Positions 1 to 10,500 of a stretch of 34,390 nucleotides of DNA are shown here, in pieces; within the stretch, counting starts at the first letter, position 1, and each line of letters opens with the position of its first letter. The position numbers and the translations under genes are program-made. Below the pieces are notes generated by a model that had not been told where the DNA came from, made no database searches, and was given only the letters and a program-made list of their open reading frames with translations. The DNA is from Bacteroidales bacterium (GTDB lineage: Bacteria > Bacteroidota > Bacteroidia > Bacteroidales > WCHB1-69): contig JAAYQB010000006.1 of NCBI GenBank assembly GCA_012519525.1, positions 1-34,390 on the forward strand, given 5' to 3'.

Positions 1-1380
1 AGGCAAGCCGGAATTTTCCGTATTATACACCGTCCAATCGGTACCATCAAATTTAATTAAGCCCCTTGCTCCTATCCATTTATTGCCCTGAGCGTCTATG
101 ACAAGAGAACTAATATAAATAGAAGACAAGTCGAATTTACCTGCATTATACACCCTCCAATTAAACCCGTCAAATTTGACCAATCCGCCACCCCAAGTTC
201 CTATCCATTTATCGCCCTCTGCGTCTATAGCAATAGACTCAATATTATTATTAAGCAAGCCGGAATTAGAAGTATTATATACCGTCCAATCGGTACCATC
301 AAATTTAATTAAGCCATACATAGTTCCTATCCATCTATTTCCATAACTGTCGATGGCAATAGAAGTAACAAAATTAGAACTTGAAGGCAAACCCGGGTAG
401 TTTGTATTGATAAAAATCGTTTCACGGGTGTTTTTATTCAATTTTACTAAGCCACTACCATCAGTTCCTATCCATTTATTACCTTGACTATCTATGATAA
501 AAGAAGTAATTCCATTACCAAATAAATCTAAATCAGAAGTATTATATGTTACCCAGTCAACATCATCAAATTTAGCTAAACCACCAAAATAAGTTCCTAC
601 CCATTTATTCCCCTGTGCGTCTATGGCAAGAAAAGTAATCCTATTATCAGGTAAGTCGGAATTATTTTTATTATACACCGTCCAATTGCTTCCATCAAAT
701 TTACTTAAACCATTTCTATCTGTTCCTATCCATATATTTCCCTGAGCATCTATGGCAAGAGAAGTAATTTTATTATCGGACAAGCCGGAATTAGAGGTAT
801 TATACACTGTCCTATTAATGCCATCAAATTTGATTAACCCCTTCCAAGTTCCTATCCATTTATTACCCTGTGCGTCTAAAGCAATAGAAGCAACATAATT
901 AGAAGGAAAACCGGAATTAGAGGTATTATACACCGTCCAATTGACACCGTCGAATTTGGCTAAACCACTCCAATAAGTTCCTATCCATTTATTGCCCTGA
1001 TTATCTATAGCAAGAGAAAGAATCCTATTATCAGGCAAACCGGAATTTTCCGTATTATACACCGTCCAATTGACACCATCAAATTTGACTAAACCAGCCG
1101 AAGTTCCTATCCATTTATTGCCCTTATCATCTATAGCAAGAGAAGTAATCCTAGCATTAGGAAAGCCGGGATGGTTTTTAGTAATAATAATCTTTTCATG
1201 GGTGTTTTTATTGAGTTTTACTAAATTACCTCCTCTTGTTCCAATCCACAAATAATCTCCTTCGATGGCAATGGCTGTTACATGATTCCCATCGGTATTA
1301 TAAGTAATCCATTGCGGATTTTGTGCTTTAGCTATGCATAGCATAAATAAAACAGCAAATAAAAAACTAATTTGTCTCAT
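1..1380 (-). CDS. Secreted beta-propeller repeat protein (two-component-regulator-propeller / PorZ-like repeats), 5' part only; runs off the left edge of the window
   Basis: Absent from the ORF track because its stop lies outside the window. The reverse complement from ATG at 1380 reads MRQISFLFAVLFMLCIAKAQNPQWITYNTDGNHVTAIAIEGDYLWIGTRGG... and stays open to base 1, with ~44-aa repeats SLAIDxQGNKWIGTxxGLxKFDGxNWTVYNxxNSGLP. It is co-linear with the 1574-3457 paralog. Confidence 0.9.
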   Translation of the reverse strand, partial: MRQISFLFAVLFMLCIAKAQNPQWITYNTDGNHVTAIAIEGDYLWIGTRGGNLVKLNKNTHEKIIITKNHPGFPNARITSLAIDDKGNKWIGTSAGLVKFDGVNWTVYNTENSGLPDNRILSLAIDNQGNKWIGTYWSGLAKFDGVNWTVYNTSNSGFPSNYVASIALDAQGNKWIGTWKGLIKFDGINRTVYNTSNSGLSDNKITSLAIDAQGNIWIGTDRNGLSKFDGSNWTVYNKNNSDLPDNRITFLAIDAQGNKWVGTYFGGLAKFDDVDWVTYNTSDLDLFGNGITSFIIDSQGNKWIGTDGSGLVKLNKNTRETIFINTNYPGLPSSSNFVTSIAIDSYGNRWIGTMYGLIKFDGTDWTVYNTSNSGLLNNNIESIAIDAEGDKWIGTWGGGLVKFDGFNWRVYNAGKFDLSSIYISSLVIDAQGNKWIGARGLIKFDGTDWTVYNTENSGLP

Positions 1381-1461
1381 AATCAGCATATTTTATCAAC
1401 ATCTCTTAATTTCGTATATTTTAATATGATAGGTGCATTAACATCTTAAAATAACACTTTG

Positions 1462-1469
1462 CAAAAGTA
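1462..1469 (-). promoter_or_regulatory. Bacteroidetes sigma-70 -7 box (TACTTTTG) for the first propeller gene
   Basis: caaaagta on + = TACTTTTG on -, matching the TAnnTTTG consensus about 80 nt upstream of the ATG; conserved in the duplicated upstream region of the paralog. Confidence 0.65.
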
Positions 1470-1573
1470 AACATTTTTTTATATGCACTACTATTTATTA
1501 CAAAAATTAAACATCATTGTTAGTATCTCATTTATTTAAAATTATTGAAAATCCTAAAAGTGGAAAAAAGGCA

Positions 1574-3457
1574 TCATTTTGTTGAAATAACAACTCCTTT
1601 TTCATTAAACACAACCAAACCGTTATACCAAGTTCCTATCCATTTATTGCCCTGTGCGTCTATGGTAAGAGATTTAACATAATTCAATGGTAAATCGGAA
1701 TTATCTTTATTATATACCGTCCAAGTAACCTCATCAAATTTGGCTAAGCCTACACCATCAGTTCCTATCCATTTATTTTCTTGTTCATCTATAACAACAA
1801 AAGTAATACTATTATTAGGCAAGCCGGAATTTTCCTTATCATATACCGTCCAAGTAACCCCATCAAATTTAGCTAAGCCTCCGCCATTAGTTCCTATCCA
1901 TTTATTTCCTTGACCGTCTACGGCGATAGAACTAATAAAATTATGAGGTAAGCCGGAATTATCCGTATGGTAAATTGTCCATTTGGTCCCATCATATTTG
2001 ACTAAACCAACCGAAGTCCCTATCCATTTATTGCCCTGTGCGTCTATGACTACAGAATAAATATCACTATAAGGCATGCCGGAATTACCTGAAGTATACA
2101 CCGTAGAATTAGTCCCATCAAATTTGACTAAGCCTCCCAAAATTCCTGCCCATTTATTTTCCTGAGCGTCTATGGCAATAGAACTAACACAAATAGAAGA
2201 AAAGTAGAAATTATCTATATTACACATCGTCCAATTAAGCCCGTCAAATTTGACCAATCCTCCGCCCCAAGTTCCTATCCATTTATTTCCTTGTGCGTCT
2301 ATAGCAAGAGACCTAACTTTATTATTAGGCAAACCGGAATTAAAAGTGTTATACACCGTCCAATTATTCCCATCAAATTTAACTAAGCCTCCGCCATTAG
2401 TTCCTATCCATCTATTCCCTTGACTGTCTATGGCAATAGAAGTAATAAAATTAGAACTTGAAGGCAAACTCGGGTAGTTTGTATTGATAAAAATCGTTTC
2501 ATGGGTATTTTTACTCAATTTTACTAAACCACCACCATCAGTTCCTATCCATTTATTTTCTTGACCATCTATGATAACAGAAGTAATAATATTACCGGAC
2601 AATCCGAAATCAGAGGTATTATATACTAACCAGTCAACATCATCAAATTTGGCTAAGCCACCTAAATAAGTTCCTATCCATTTATTGCCCTGAGCGTCTA
2701 TGGCAACAGAAGTAATATCATTATTAGGTAAGTTGGAATTAGAAGTATTATATACCGTCCAATTGGTACCATCAAATTTGGCTAAACCATCTCTAGTTCC
2801 TATCCATTTATTGCCCTTACCATCTATGGCAAGAGACATAACATTATTATCAGGCAAAGCGGAATTATTTCTATTATATATCGTCCAATTAACACCGTCA
2901 AATTTGATTAAACCCCTCCAAGTTCCTATCCATTTATTCCCCTGAGCATCTACAGTAAGAGAAAAAACAGAATGAATAGGCAAGCCGGAATTATCTTTAT
3001 TATATACCGTCCAATTAACACCGTCAAATTTAACTAAGCCTACACCATCACTTCCTATCCATTTATTTCCCTGTGCGTCTATGGCAAGAGATTTAACATA
3101 ATTAGATGACAAACCTGAATTATTTTTATTATACACCGTCCAAGTACTCCCATCAAATTTAACTAAGCCTCCACCGGCAGTCCCTATCCATTTATTGCCC
3201 TTACCATCTATAGCAAGAGAAGTAATCATACAATTAGGGAAACCGGGATAATTTTTAGTAATAAAAATCTTTTTATGGTTTTTTTTATTGATTTTTACCA
3301 AGTCACCCCCTCTTGTTCCAATCCACAAATAATCTCTCTCAATAACAATGCTTGTTACATGATTTCCATCGGTACTATAAGTAATCCATTGCGGATTTTG
3401 TGCTTTAGCTATGCATAGCATAAATAAAACAGCAAATAAAAAAATAATTCGTCTCAT
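1574..3457 (-). CDS. Secreted 14-blade (2x7) beta-propeller repeat protein, no C-terminal T9SS sorting domain
   Basis: 627 aa. Signal peptide ends AKA/Q (Gln at +1). There are 14 W(I/A)G repeats of ~43-47 aa, and the protein ends ...GLVVFNEKGVVISTK right after the last blade. Confidence 0.9.
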   Translation of the reverse strand: MRRIIFLFAVLFMLCIAKAQNPQWITYSTDGNHVTSIVIERDYLWIGTRGGDLVKINKKNHKKIFITKNYPGFPNCMITSLAIDGKGNKWIGTAGGGLVKFDGSTWTVYNKNNSGLSSNYVKSLAIDAQGNKWIGSDGVGLVKFDGVNWTVYNKDNSGLPIHSVFSLTVDAQGNKWIGTWRGLIKFDGVNWTIYNRNNSALPDNNVMSLAIDGKGNKWIGTRDGLAKFDGTNWTVYNTSNSNLPNNDITSVAIDAQGNKWIGTYLGGLAKFDDVDWLVYNTSDFGLSGNIITSVIIDGQENKWIGTDGGGLVKLSKNTHETIFINTNYPSLPSSSNFITSIAIDSQGNRWIGTNGGGLVKFDGNNWTVYNTFNSGLPNNKVRSLAIDAQGNKWIGTWGGGLVKFDGLNWTMCNIDNFYFSSICVSSIAIDAQENKWAGILGGLVKFDGTNSTVYTSGNSGMPYSDIYSVVIDAQGNKWIGTSVGLVKYDGTKWTIYHTDNSGLPHNFISSIAVDGQGNKWIGTNGGGLAKFDGVTWTVYDKENSGLPNNSITFVVIDEQENKWIGTDGVGLAKFDEVTWTVYNKDNSDLPLNYVKSLTIDAQGNKWIGTWYNGLVVFNEKGVVISTK

Positions 3458-3536
3458 AATCAGTATGTTTTATTAACACTTATTAATTTTGTATTTGTTA
3501 ATATACGAGGTACATTAACGTTAAAATAACACCTTG

Positions 3537-3544
3537 CAAAAGTA
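3537..3544 (-). promoter_or_regulatory. Bacteroidetes -7 box (TACTTTTG) for the second propeller gene
   Basis: Same motif and context (aaaataacac.ttgcaaaagtaaacatttttttatatg) as 1462-1469. Confidence 0.65.
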
Positions 3545-3644
3545 AACATTTTTTTATATGTAATACTGTTTTTGTAAAAAAAACTCCTAAAAAAGGAAAA
3601 GTATATCGCACTTTGAGTGAATAGAAATAAGCCGAAAAACAACT

Positions 3645-3676
3645 ATTCATCGGATGATTCAAATCATCCGATGAAT
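3645..3676. repeat. Perfect 15-bp inverted repeat, REP-like palindrome
   Basis: ATTCATCGGATGATT-ca-AATCATCCGATGAAT. It sits in a divergent intergenic region with no U-tract; a half copy (tcatccgatga) occurs at 27915. Confidence 0.8.
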
Positions 3677-3714
3677 GGATAACGCAATAAACTCACAACC
3701 AACTGAAAATCACA

Positions 3715-3743
3715 CCTCCCCTCTTAGAGAGGGCAAGGGTGAG
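3715..3743. repeat. GC-rich REP-like hairpin CCCTCT-tag-AGAGGG followed by GGGTGAG
   Basis: GC-rich island in AT-rich DNA. It resembles the widespread CCCTCTC...GAGAGGG..GGGGTGAG REP class (recalled, not searched). Confidence 0.5.
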
Positions 3744-3931
3744 TCAAATCGGGTGGAATCAATAAAAGTAGATGTTAATAAAAGCAAATTGACTAATTTT
3801 GAATTTTTATCGGTCGATAGCATAAGCTAATATTTTTATATACTGATAATTATTATTTTTTTTCATAATTGTATATATCTTTTCAAAAATTTACGTTATA
3901 TAAAACTGAAACATGTAATGATAATACGAAA

Positions 3932-4522
3932 ATGATAGCTTATATTCAAGGAAAATTAATTGAAAAAACGCCTACTTATGCCGTGATAGACTGTAGCGGT
4001 GTAGGTTTTATGCTCAATATATCCCTTAACACCTACTCTGCCCTACCCGATGTCAATCAAGATTGTAAACTATTTACACATTTATCTATTAAAGAAGATG
4101 CACACACTTTGTATGCCTTTGCAAGCGAAGCCGAAAGACAAATTTTTCGCTTACTCATCACCGTATCGGGAATCGGCGTCAATACGGCACGCATGATTTT
4201 ATCTTCTATCAATCATAGAGATTTAGTAACTTACATAAGTTCTGAAAATGCCGATATATTGCAATCCATCAAAGGCATAGGTGCCAAAACTGCACAACGT
4301 ATCATTATTGACTTAAAAGATAAAATACTAAAAACAGATATCGAACCTACGGAAACATTGTTAGCAGCAAACAATAATAACGCCAACGAAGCGTTATCTG
4401 CACTGATATTATTAGGTTTTTCAAAGCAAGTTGCCGGAAAAGCTATTAGTAAAGTTCTAAAGTCATCTTCAGGCGACTTATCTGTTGAAGAACTCATTAA
4501 ACATGCGTTAAAAATATTGTAG
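3932..4522 (+). CDS. ruvA: Holliday junction branch migration protein RuvA
   Basis: MIAYIQGKL... N-terminus, HhH motifs VSGIGVNTA and IKGIGAKTAQRI, C-terminal EALSALILLGF...VEELIKHALK. Start reassigned from TTG 3869 to the canonical ATG at 3932. Confidence 0.97.
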   Translation: MIAYIQGKLIEKTPTYAVIDCSGVGFMLNISLNTYSALPDVNQDCKLFTHLSIKEDAHTLYAFASEAERQIFRLLITVSGIGVNTARMILSSINHRDLVTYISSENADILQSIKGIGAKTAQRIIIDLKDKILKTDIEPTETLLAANNNNANEALSALILLGFSKQVAGKAISKVLKSSSGDLSVEELIKHALKIL

Positions 4523-4543
4523 TTTTTAGATTAATATATTGAG

Positions 4544-7500
4544 GTGAAAGTAATAAAGAAATCTTACTACATATTTTATATATTATTACATCTGGTAATA
4601 ATATATTCTTTTGTGCAAGTAGCCCATGCTAACAAACTTTTTTTTGATGCTTATATTTTTCCGAACGATACGGGAAAAAAAATAGTTCCACAACCTTCTA
4701 CTAATCCGTTTCAACAAACGCCTTCCAGTCCGTTTTACTTAAAAGACCCTAAAAACTTCTCAACAAAAATTGAGTATGACCCTAAAAACAACAATTACAA
4801 TTTCCAACAAAAAATAGGCAATACCAATTTTGGCAACCCCGGTAGCATGTCTCTCGACGAATACCTCCAATACGATATTCAAAAAGCGATGAGAGATTAT
4901 TGGCGTCAACGTTCCGGCATTGGCATCAACACCGAATCGCAGCAAGGTATTATTCCTCAAATACGTGTGCCGAGCGAAGCCTTTGAACATATATTCGGAA
5001 GCAGTTTAATTGACATTAAACCTTCAGGCTCTGTCGAATTAAAATTCGGTTTAATTCACACCCAAAACGACAACACTTCTTTAAACACGGACGCACGCCG
5101 ACAAACACGCTTCGATTTTGACCAAAACATTCAAGTCAATTTAAAAGCCAGCATAGGCGACAAGATACATTATAACATGAGTTATAGTACTGAAACCTCT
5201 TTTAATTTTGAAAATAAATACAAACTCGGTTATGAAGGAAAAGAAGATGAAATTATTAAATTAATAGAATTTGGCGATGTTAACCTTCCTTTAAACAGTA
5301 CGTTAATACAAGGCTCGCAAACTTTATTCGGTGTCAAAACCCAATTGCAATTTGGAAAAACAACACTCACTACCGTTATTTCACAACAAAAAGGCGACAA
5401 AACCAATATTGTAGTCGAAAACGGAGCCGAAATGACGGAATTTGAGTTTAAAGCCGATGATTATGAAGAAAACAGACACTTCTTCCTTGCTCAATACTTC
5501 TATGATACTTACGGAGAAGCCATGGCAACACTGCCATTAATTAACTCAAAAGTTACGATTACAAAAATCGAAGTATGGAGAACCAATATAGGTTCTGCAG
5601 TACAGGAAAACAGAAATATCGTAGCACTTGCCGACTTAGGAGAAATTAACCCTCATAATGCCAATGTAAAACGTAATGCAGCCTATCGCCACAACTATCC
5701 TGATAGCAATGCAAACGATTTATTGCAAAACATGGACTACAATAAATTGAGAAATATTAATACGGCAAGCACTTATTTGGAAAGCAAAGGAATGGTTGCC
5801 GGCTTGGATTATGAAAAAATAGAATCTGCCAGATTATTAAGTCCCAGCGAATATACTTTTAATAGCAAACTTGGATTTATCTCATTAACTTCCAAGCTAA
5901 ATGCCGACCAAGCATTAGCCGTAGCTTTTCAATACACTGTCATTGGCGACCCTAATATCTATCAGGTAGGACAATTTTCAAACGAAGTACAAACGCCGGG
6001 TTGTGTTATTGTAAAATTATTGAAAAGTACAGCCGTCAACACTAAAATTCCGATGTGGAAATTAATGATGAAAAACGTTTATTCACTCAACGCTTATCAA
6101 GTTTCAGGAGAAGAATTTCGTTTAAATATTCTTTATAAAGGAGAAGAAGGAGGAGTCGGATTAGGTTATTTCTCAGAAGTAAGCGAAGACTTAAAAGGCG
6201 TTTCACTCATACGTATTATGGGCTTAGACCGTCTGAACTATCAACAAGCGGCAATCCCCGACGGAGTTTTCGACTTTATTGACGGAGCTGCCACAGTTGG
6301 AGGAACCATTCAAGCCGAATACGGACGTATTTACTTCCCTACTGTCGAACCTTTTGGTAAAGATTTACGCGAAACATTGAAAAACAGTCCGGGAGCAGGC
6401 GATAAATATGCTTTCGATTCATTGTATACAACCACTAAAACCCTTGCTCAACAATATTCTGAAAAAAACAAATACTATTTGGAAGGACGCTATAAGTCCA
6501 CTTACGGCAACGAGATATCGCTCGGTGTTTGGAACATTGCTCAAGGCTCCGTTACCGTTACTGCCGGAGGTGTTACACTCACCGAAGGAGTCGATTATTC
6601 TGTCGACTACAATGCGGGAACCTTGCGTATATTGAACCAAAACTATTTAAGTTCAGGCACACCCATCAATATTTCCGTAGAAAGCACCAACGTCATGGGA
6701 ACCACAAAAACCATGTTCGGATTGCATGTCGACCATGCCTTAAACAAGGACATGGTAATAGGTGCTACCCTCTTAAATTTACGAGAAAGAACAGAAACTT
6801 TCAAAGTTAATTTTGGAGAAGAACCTATCAATAATACCATTTGGGGATTAAACTTTGCCATGCAAAAAGACGTTCGAGCAATTACAAAAGCTTTGAATTA
6901 TCTTCCTATCTATAAAACCAAGCAAGAATCAAGTATTCAATTCGATGGAGAATTTGCACACTTTATTCCGGGACATACTCGCAGCATAGGTAGAGGCAAT
7001 AAAGCACAACTGTATGTTGACGACTTTGAAGCAGCAAAAACAACCATTAATTTAACTACACCCGGTTTTTGGTTTTTAGCAAGCACACCTCAACACCAAA
7101 CTAAAAAAGGCATGTTTCCTGAAGCAGCATTGGGAAGTGGCTTACAATACGGTTTTAATAGAGCTAAAATAGCATGGTACATTATTGACCCTCTCTTTCA
7201 CAATAATAGCTCTTCAACACCTTCTAATATTACCGCAGACGACAAGTCGGAAATGTATTCACGACGTATTTTAATAAAAGAAGTTTTCCCTTATAAAAGC
7301 ATTGACGCTACAAGTCAAGACCCTTATTTATCCGTATTAAATTTGGCTTTTTATCCGAAAGAACGAGGTCCTTACAATTATGATGCCTTAGGTGTGGCGG
7401 GAATTTCTGCAGGATTAAATAGCGACGGAAGTTTAAAAAATCCGGAAACTCGTTGGGGAGGAATTATGAGAAAATTAGAATCTACTGATTTTGAAACATC

Positions 7501-10500
7501 TAATATTGAATACATTGAATTTTGGATGATGGACCCATTTTATGGAAATCCTAATCACAGCGGTGGAAAATTATATTTTAATTTAGGAGATATATCGGAA
7601 GACATATTACGCGACGGACGGAAAAGTTTCGAACATGGATTACCACCCGACGGAAGTGATGAAAATGTTGATTATACGATATGGGGAAGGGTACCTAATA
7701 CACAATCTATTGTTTCCGCTTTCGATAATTCGGTAGCTTCGAGAAAATACCAAGACGTTGGCTATGACGGACTTTACGACTCTTTGGAACGTATTCATTT
7801 CAGCGATTATTTAGCTACCGTAAAAGGAATCCTTAGTGCCGACGCATACACAGCAATAGCCAACGACCCTTCAGCCGATAATTACCACTACTTCAGAGGA
7901 AGTAAGTATGACAACGATAATATTAAAATATTAGAAAGATACAAATATTTCAACAATACGGAAGGAAATTCTCCTACCGACGATGATAACCCTGAAAAAT
8001 ATCCTACGCAATCCTCATCTTATCCCAATATGGAAGACATCAACAACGACAATACCTTAAGTGAAGATGAACGATATTATCAATACGTCGTTGAATTAAA
8101 TCCTGATAAAATGCAGATTGGCGAAAGCTACATTGTTGATATTATGGAAAACCAAAATGTACGTTTAGAAAACGGCAAAGTAGTAGCTATCAAATGGTAT
8201 CAATTTAAAATCCCGATTCGCAAACCCGACGAAGTGATAGGCAGTATTAGCGATTTTTCTTCTATCCGCTTTATGCGTATGTTTTTAAAAGGATTTAAAG
8301 AAGATGTTGTCTGCCGTTTCGGAACACTTGAATTAGTAAGAGGCGATTGGAGACAATACACAAAAGATCTTAAACAAAACGGAGATTATCCTATAGGAAT
8401 CGTTAACGACAACACTAGTTTCTACGTATCTACTTTAAGTCTCGAAGAAAACTATCATCGCAAACCCATTCCTTATCGTATGCCCGGAGGTTTGGAAAGA
8501 GAAGAGATATACTCCCCTACCAATACCATTAAAGAACTCAACGAGCAAAGTGTTACCATGAAAGTAACCAACTTAATCGACGGCGATGCTCGTGCTATTT
8601 ATAAAAACACCAACTTCGACTTCAGACGATTCAAAGTATTACGCTTTTATCTACATGCCGAAAAAGTATTTGAAGAAGAGCAACTCCAACAAGGTGATGT
8701 TACTTTCTTTATCCGCTTAGGCTCCGATGCTTCCGAAAATTATTACGAATATGAAATTCCTGTTGCTCTAACACCATGGTACACAAAAGACACTGCACTC
8801 ATCTGGCCTTCAGAAAACAACATAGAAATCGAGTTACAAAAGCTAATAGATGCCAAACAAGAAAGAAACATAGCCAACAGAAGCGGTGCCGATTTCCCTC
8901 ACAATGAACCCTATTTGGTAAGAGACGGAAAAAACACCATCCGAGTTGTCGGCGCACCTAACTTAAGCGATATCAACGTTATTGTAATGGGAATTCGTAA
9001 TCCTAAAAAACGAAGCCTTGACGAAAAAGACGATATGCTGCCAAAATCAGTGGAAATATGGGTAAATGAGTTGCGATTAGGCAATTTCGAGGAAAAAGGA
9101 GGTTGGGCGGCAAGAGGTAATTTAAAGGTAAATCTTGCCGATTTAGGCGATGTGTCTTTAGCAGGTAGCATACGAACTGCCGGATTCGGTGCCTTAGAAT
9201 CCAATACTTATACCCGCTTACAAGAAACAATAACGAATTTTGATGTCGCCACTAATTTACAGTTAGGAAAATTTTTACCCGAAAAATGGAGTGTTAGCAT
9301 TCCCTTTCATTACGATTATTCAAGAACTACCAGCACCCCGGAATACAATCCTCTAAATCCGGACGTAAAATTAAAAAATGATTTAAAAACTTATACTTCT
9401 AAACACGATATAGATTCTATTAAAAAACAAACATTAGAAATCGTACAACGTCAAAACTTCAGCTTAATGAATGTCAGTAAAGGCAAAACAGGCAGTGGAA
9501 AAAATTATGTTTGGGGACTTGAAAACTTCGATTTTTCTTATGCTTATACCGAAAAAAACGTACAAGACATTAATTACGAATACGATGATTTAGTTACACA
9601 TAGCGGTGAAATAGGATATACCTATGGCTGGAGTCCGAAAAACTATAAACCCTTTGATAAATTTCAAAAATTAAAATCCATCAAGTGGTTGCAATTACTC
9701 TATGACTTTAATTTTTATCTTCTTCCTAAGTCATTTTCTTTCTCTACCGATATTTATCGTTATTATCAAGAAAGTAAAATACGCAATAAAAGTCGGGGTA
9801 TTATCATAACAGAACCAATGTATGTTAAAGCTTTTGAATGGTCGAGGAACTACACAATAGCATGGGATATCACTCAAGCACTCAAATTTGACTTTTCGGC
9901 TAAAGCCGAATCACTGATTGATGAACCTCAAGGAAGAATAGATACAAGAACAAAAAAAGATTCTATTTGGCACAATGTAGGAAAATTAGGACGAATTAAT
10001 ACTTATTCCCAAAATTTCAACGCCAGCTATCAAATACCTATTAATAAAATACCCTTATTTAGCTTTATAACCAGCAATGTTCGTTATGCTTCTACGTATC
10101 GTTGGGAATTAGCACCTCCTGCCATTGATTATCTTGGTAACAACATAGAAAACTCAAACACCAAACAGTTTAATATCAATGCCGGATTTACAGCTATTTA
10201 CAACAAATCAAAATACCTAAGAAAAGTAAATCAAGGAACTTTCGGAAGCAGTTTATACGATAAACCTATTTTAAAATCAAAGCAAGAACAATGGAATAAA
10301 GAACAACAACAATTACGTGCAAGCAAAAACATCCTCAAAAACGACTCTACTGCCAACGAAGAAGAAGAAGAACCTAAACAAACTAAAAACTACGGTAAGG
10401 AAGTTTTAGATAATTTTCTACGTTTATTAATGTTAGTTAAAAATGTTTCTTTTTCTTATACCGAAGGAAACGGAATTTCCTTACCGGGATATATGCTTAG

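Noticed and set aside
1070-2945. Plus-strand ORFs 1070-1255 and 2700-2945
   Set aside because: Antisense shadows of the propeller genes.
1-3457. ~130-bp repeats as a CRISPR array or DGR template/variable pair
   Set aside because: The repeats are in-frame protein-coding blades. There is no constant repeat/unique spacer structure, no cas or reverse transcriptase gene, and no evident adenine-specific mismatch pattern.
3460-3642. 60-aa minus-strand ORF upstream of the propeller gene
   Set aside because: It spans the duplicated promoter, is low-complexity, and the frame is not preserved in the paralogous upstream copy.
3869-3931. 21-residue N-terminal extension of RuvA
   Set aside because: An artefact of an upstream TTG; canonical RuvA begins at MIAYI (3932).
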